In this document: one piece after another, positions 62,209-64,000 of the stretch
Position numbering within the stretch: the stretch's first letter is position 1
Layout: every line of letters begins with the position of its first letter
NCBI GenBank assembly: GCA_951406725.2
Contig: OX597819.1
Coordinates: forward strand, 4,836,001 to 4,900,000
Direction of reading: 5' to 3'
From: Octopus vulgaris
Lineage: Eukaryota
Length of the DNA: 64,000 nucleotides
Made by a program: the position numbers and the translations under genes
Notes under the pieces: model-generated
What the model saw: only the letters and a program-made list of their open reading frames with translations
Told to the model about the DNA's origin: nothing
Databases searched by the model: none

Positions 62209-62924
62209 AACACTACCATCCATGAGACATCCTAACATAATCAATGCTACTACTACTATCATCATCATTATCATCATCATCCACTGCCGCCACCACCACC
62301 ACCACCACCACCTCTACAAAAACACCAACACTATAATTGCTGCCATCATACACATCCACTGTCACCACTACCACCACTGCCATGATAACGACATCTACCA
62401 CAGCTGTTTGCTTACTGCTTACCCACTCACAAAATAGCTATCTACGTCACATTAACACTATGCAGCTAATAATTTCAAATGAAAACAGACAATACAATTG
62501 GTTAAGGATAGAATAAGTACTGGGCTTACAAAAAGAATAAGTCCTGGGGTCGAGTTGCTCGATTAAAGGCGATGCTCCAGCATGGCCGCGGTCAAGAGTA
62601 ACATTAAAAGTAAAATATGTTTTATATGACACATTAGGGTTAGGGTTAGTGTCCGAAGGTTGAAAGTGTTTAGTTACAAAAAATATATTTCTCGATCTGC
62701 CGTTGAAAGGGTAAAGATCGCTTATATTATTTATTTAAACCCTTTACAAACTAGAAGGGTTATGGGTCAAGAGGAAAATACATCAATCAAATGTTGGGAA
62801 GGCCATCGGTTGAATAAAACAACATTGTTCCTCAACAGAACAATAAGGCTCTATAGTTAGGGGGAAATTTACCCATTCAGTTTCAAAACTCAGGTGGAGC
62901 CAAAAGAGGTCTCTACACATACAT

Positions 62925-62971
<47 letters not shown>

Positions 62972-63039
62972 TATATCCAGACAACTTCAGCCTTATATAT
63001 TTATATATTTATATATTTATATATATATATATATATGTA

Positions 63040-63886
63040 CTAGCAGAATTGCCCGGCGTTGCTCGGGGCTGAATTGCTTGAAAGTACTGTTAATGATTGC
63101 ACTGAATTATGATGATTATTCAGGCAAATATTGATATAATTTTACGGTGGGAGATAAGGACTTAACGATCAAACGTGTGCCATTGCATTGTTTTGGGGGA
63201 ACCAAATTTCTGATGAGCATTATAGGGGCACCAACTTTAAGTTTGAGAAAGTGTGGTGGTAGTCCGGGGTGCTCAAAGGAATTGAGTACCTCTATTGGAT
63301 AGTTGATGACGTCCTCTGGGTCAGGAGTTGTATCGATAGACTGATATACATAGACTTCCCCAGGAATGAGTTTTAGCATTTCATCATTAATATGGTGAAC
63401 AGTTTTATTCCTCGGGGCCAGTATAGCCTTTTTGCCAATCCAATCCATATTCTGATAATTAGCTTGTAGATCTGGGAACACTGCATCTCTGAGATCAGGA
63501 GGCGTCTTAACAATGGTACAAATGGAATCGATGGCAATATTACCATTTTCACACCCTGGTATTTTGCCTTCGCCAAGTGCAAGGAGGGTGTGAGGAAATG
63601 CTGCTGATGTGATATTACGTCGCATATGAGCACGCATATTGGTGTGAAGTTTGAGTGTTACTTCCCTTTATTTAAAAAAATATGCATTAAAATGGAAAAA
63701 AATGATGGTAAATTATTTTTAAAATCGTAGACTCATCATAGACGCGCGCTAATACCCAGAAGGGCTCGATATGAATCACGACTATAAGATACCTGGTTTT
63801 GGTTAAACTGCATCGCAAAATGTGGGAGTAGTTAGGAATCTAAATCGGAGTAGACAAACACACAACCTTTCTTTTATATATAAAGA
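63040..63886 (-). mobile_element. Helitron H1 deletion derivative retaining a PIF1-like helicase fragment (63116-63650)
   Basis: H1 termini plus KKAILAPRN...YPIEVLNS...GLPPHFLKLKVGAPIMLIRNL...CNGTRL, typical of the Helitron RepHel helicase. Confidence 0.92.
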
Positions 63887-64000
63887 TTTTCGTCCGTCCT
63901 AAAAAACTTTGTGCGGAGTCAATGGTTACCTCTATGGAAATATATACACACACATTATACATACATGTGTGTATAGATGAATATATAAATACATTTAAAT

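Overview
AT-rich, repeat-dense eukaryotic DNA, most likely from an octopus or other coleoid cephalopod (inferred from its tRNA-derived SINE families, microsatellite load and gene style). I can support two host genes, arranged tail to tail. (1) A PPP1R15 (GADD34/CReP-type eIF2-alpha phosphatase regulator) on +, with coding exons 21859-22812 and 32046-32267 (~391 aa). It has a TATA/Inr promoter, an upstream ATF4-type CARE site and uORFs, and its PP1-binding KVRF motif is split by a 9.2-kb intron. (2) A vanin/biotinidase-family nitrilase-fold gene on -, with coding exons 51544-51344 and 38534-37167 (~522 aa). It has a signal peptide and GPI-type tail, but its catalytic Cys reads Ser. The rest is mostly transposon debris: a Gypsy LTR element and solo LTR, Helitrons, hAT, mariner, piggyBac- and Mutator-type MITEs, RTE/CR1/Tx1/RLE LINEs, a Penelope-like fragment and SINEs. 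The most striking structure is a 2.9-kb foldback element with ~1.29-kb near-identical arms and a 9-bp TSD. It is nested in a Helitron inside the PPP1R15 intron, which holds four further hairpin elements. Most ORFs in the supplied track are repeat-derived noise. I see no unambiguous new multi-gene system, and all functional interpretations are inference.
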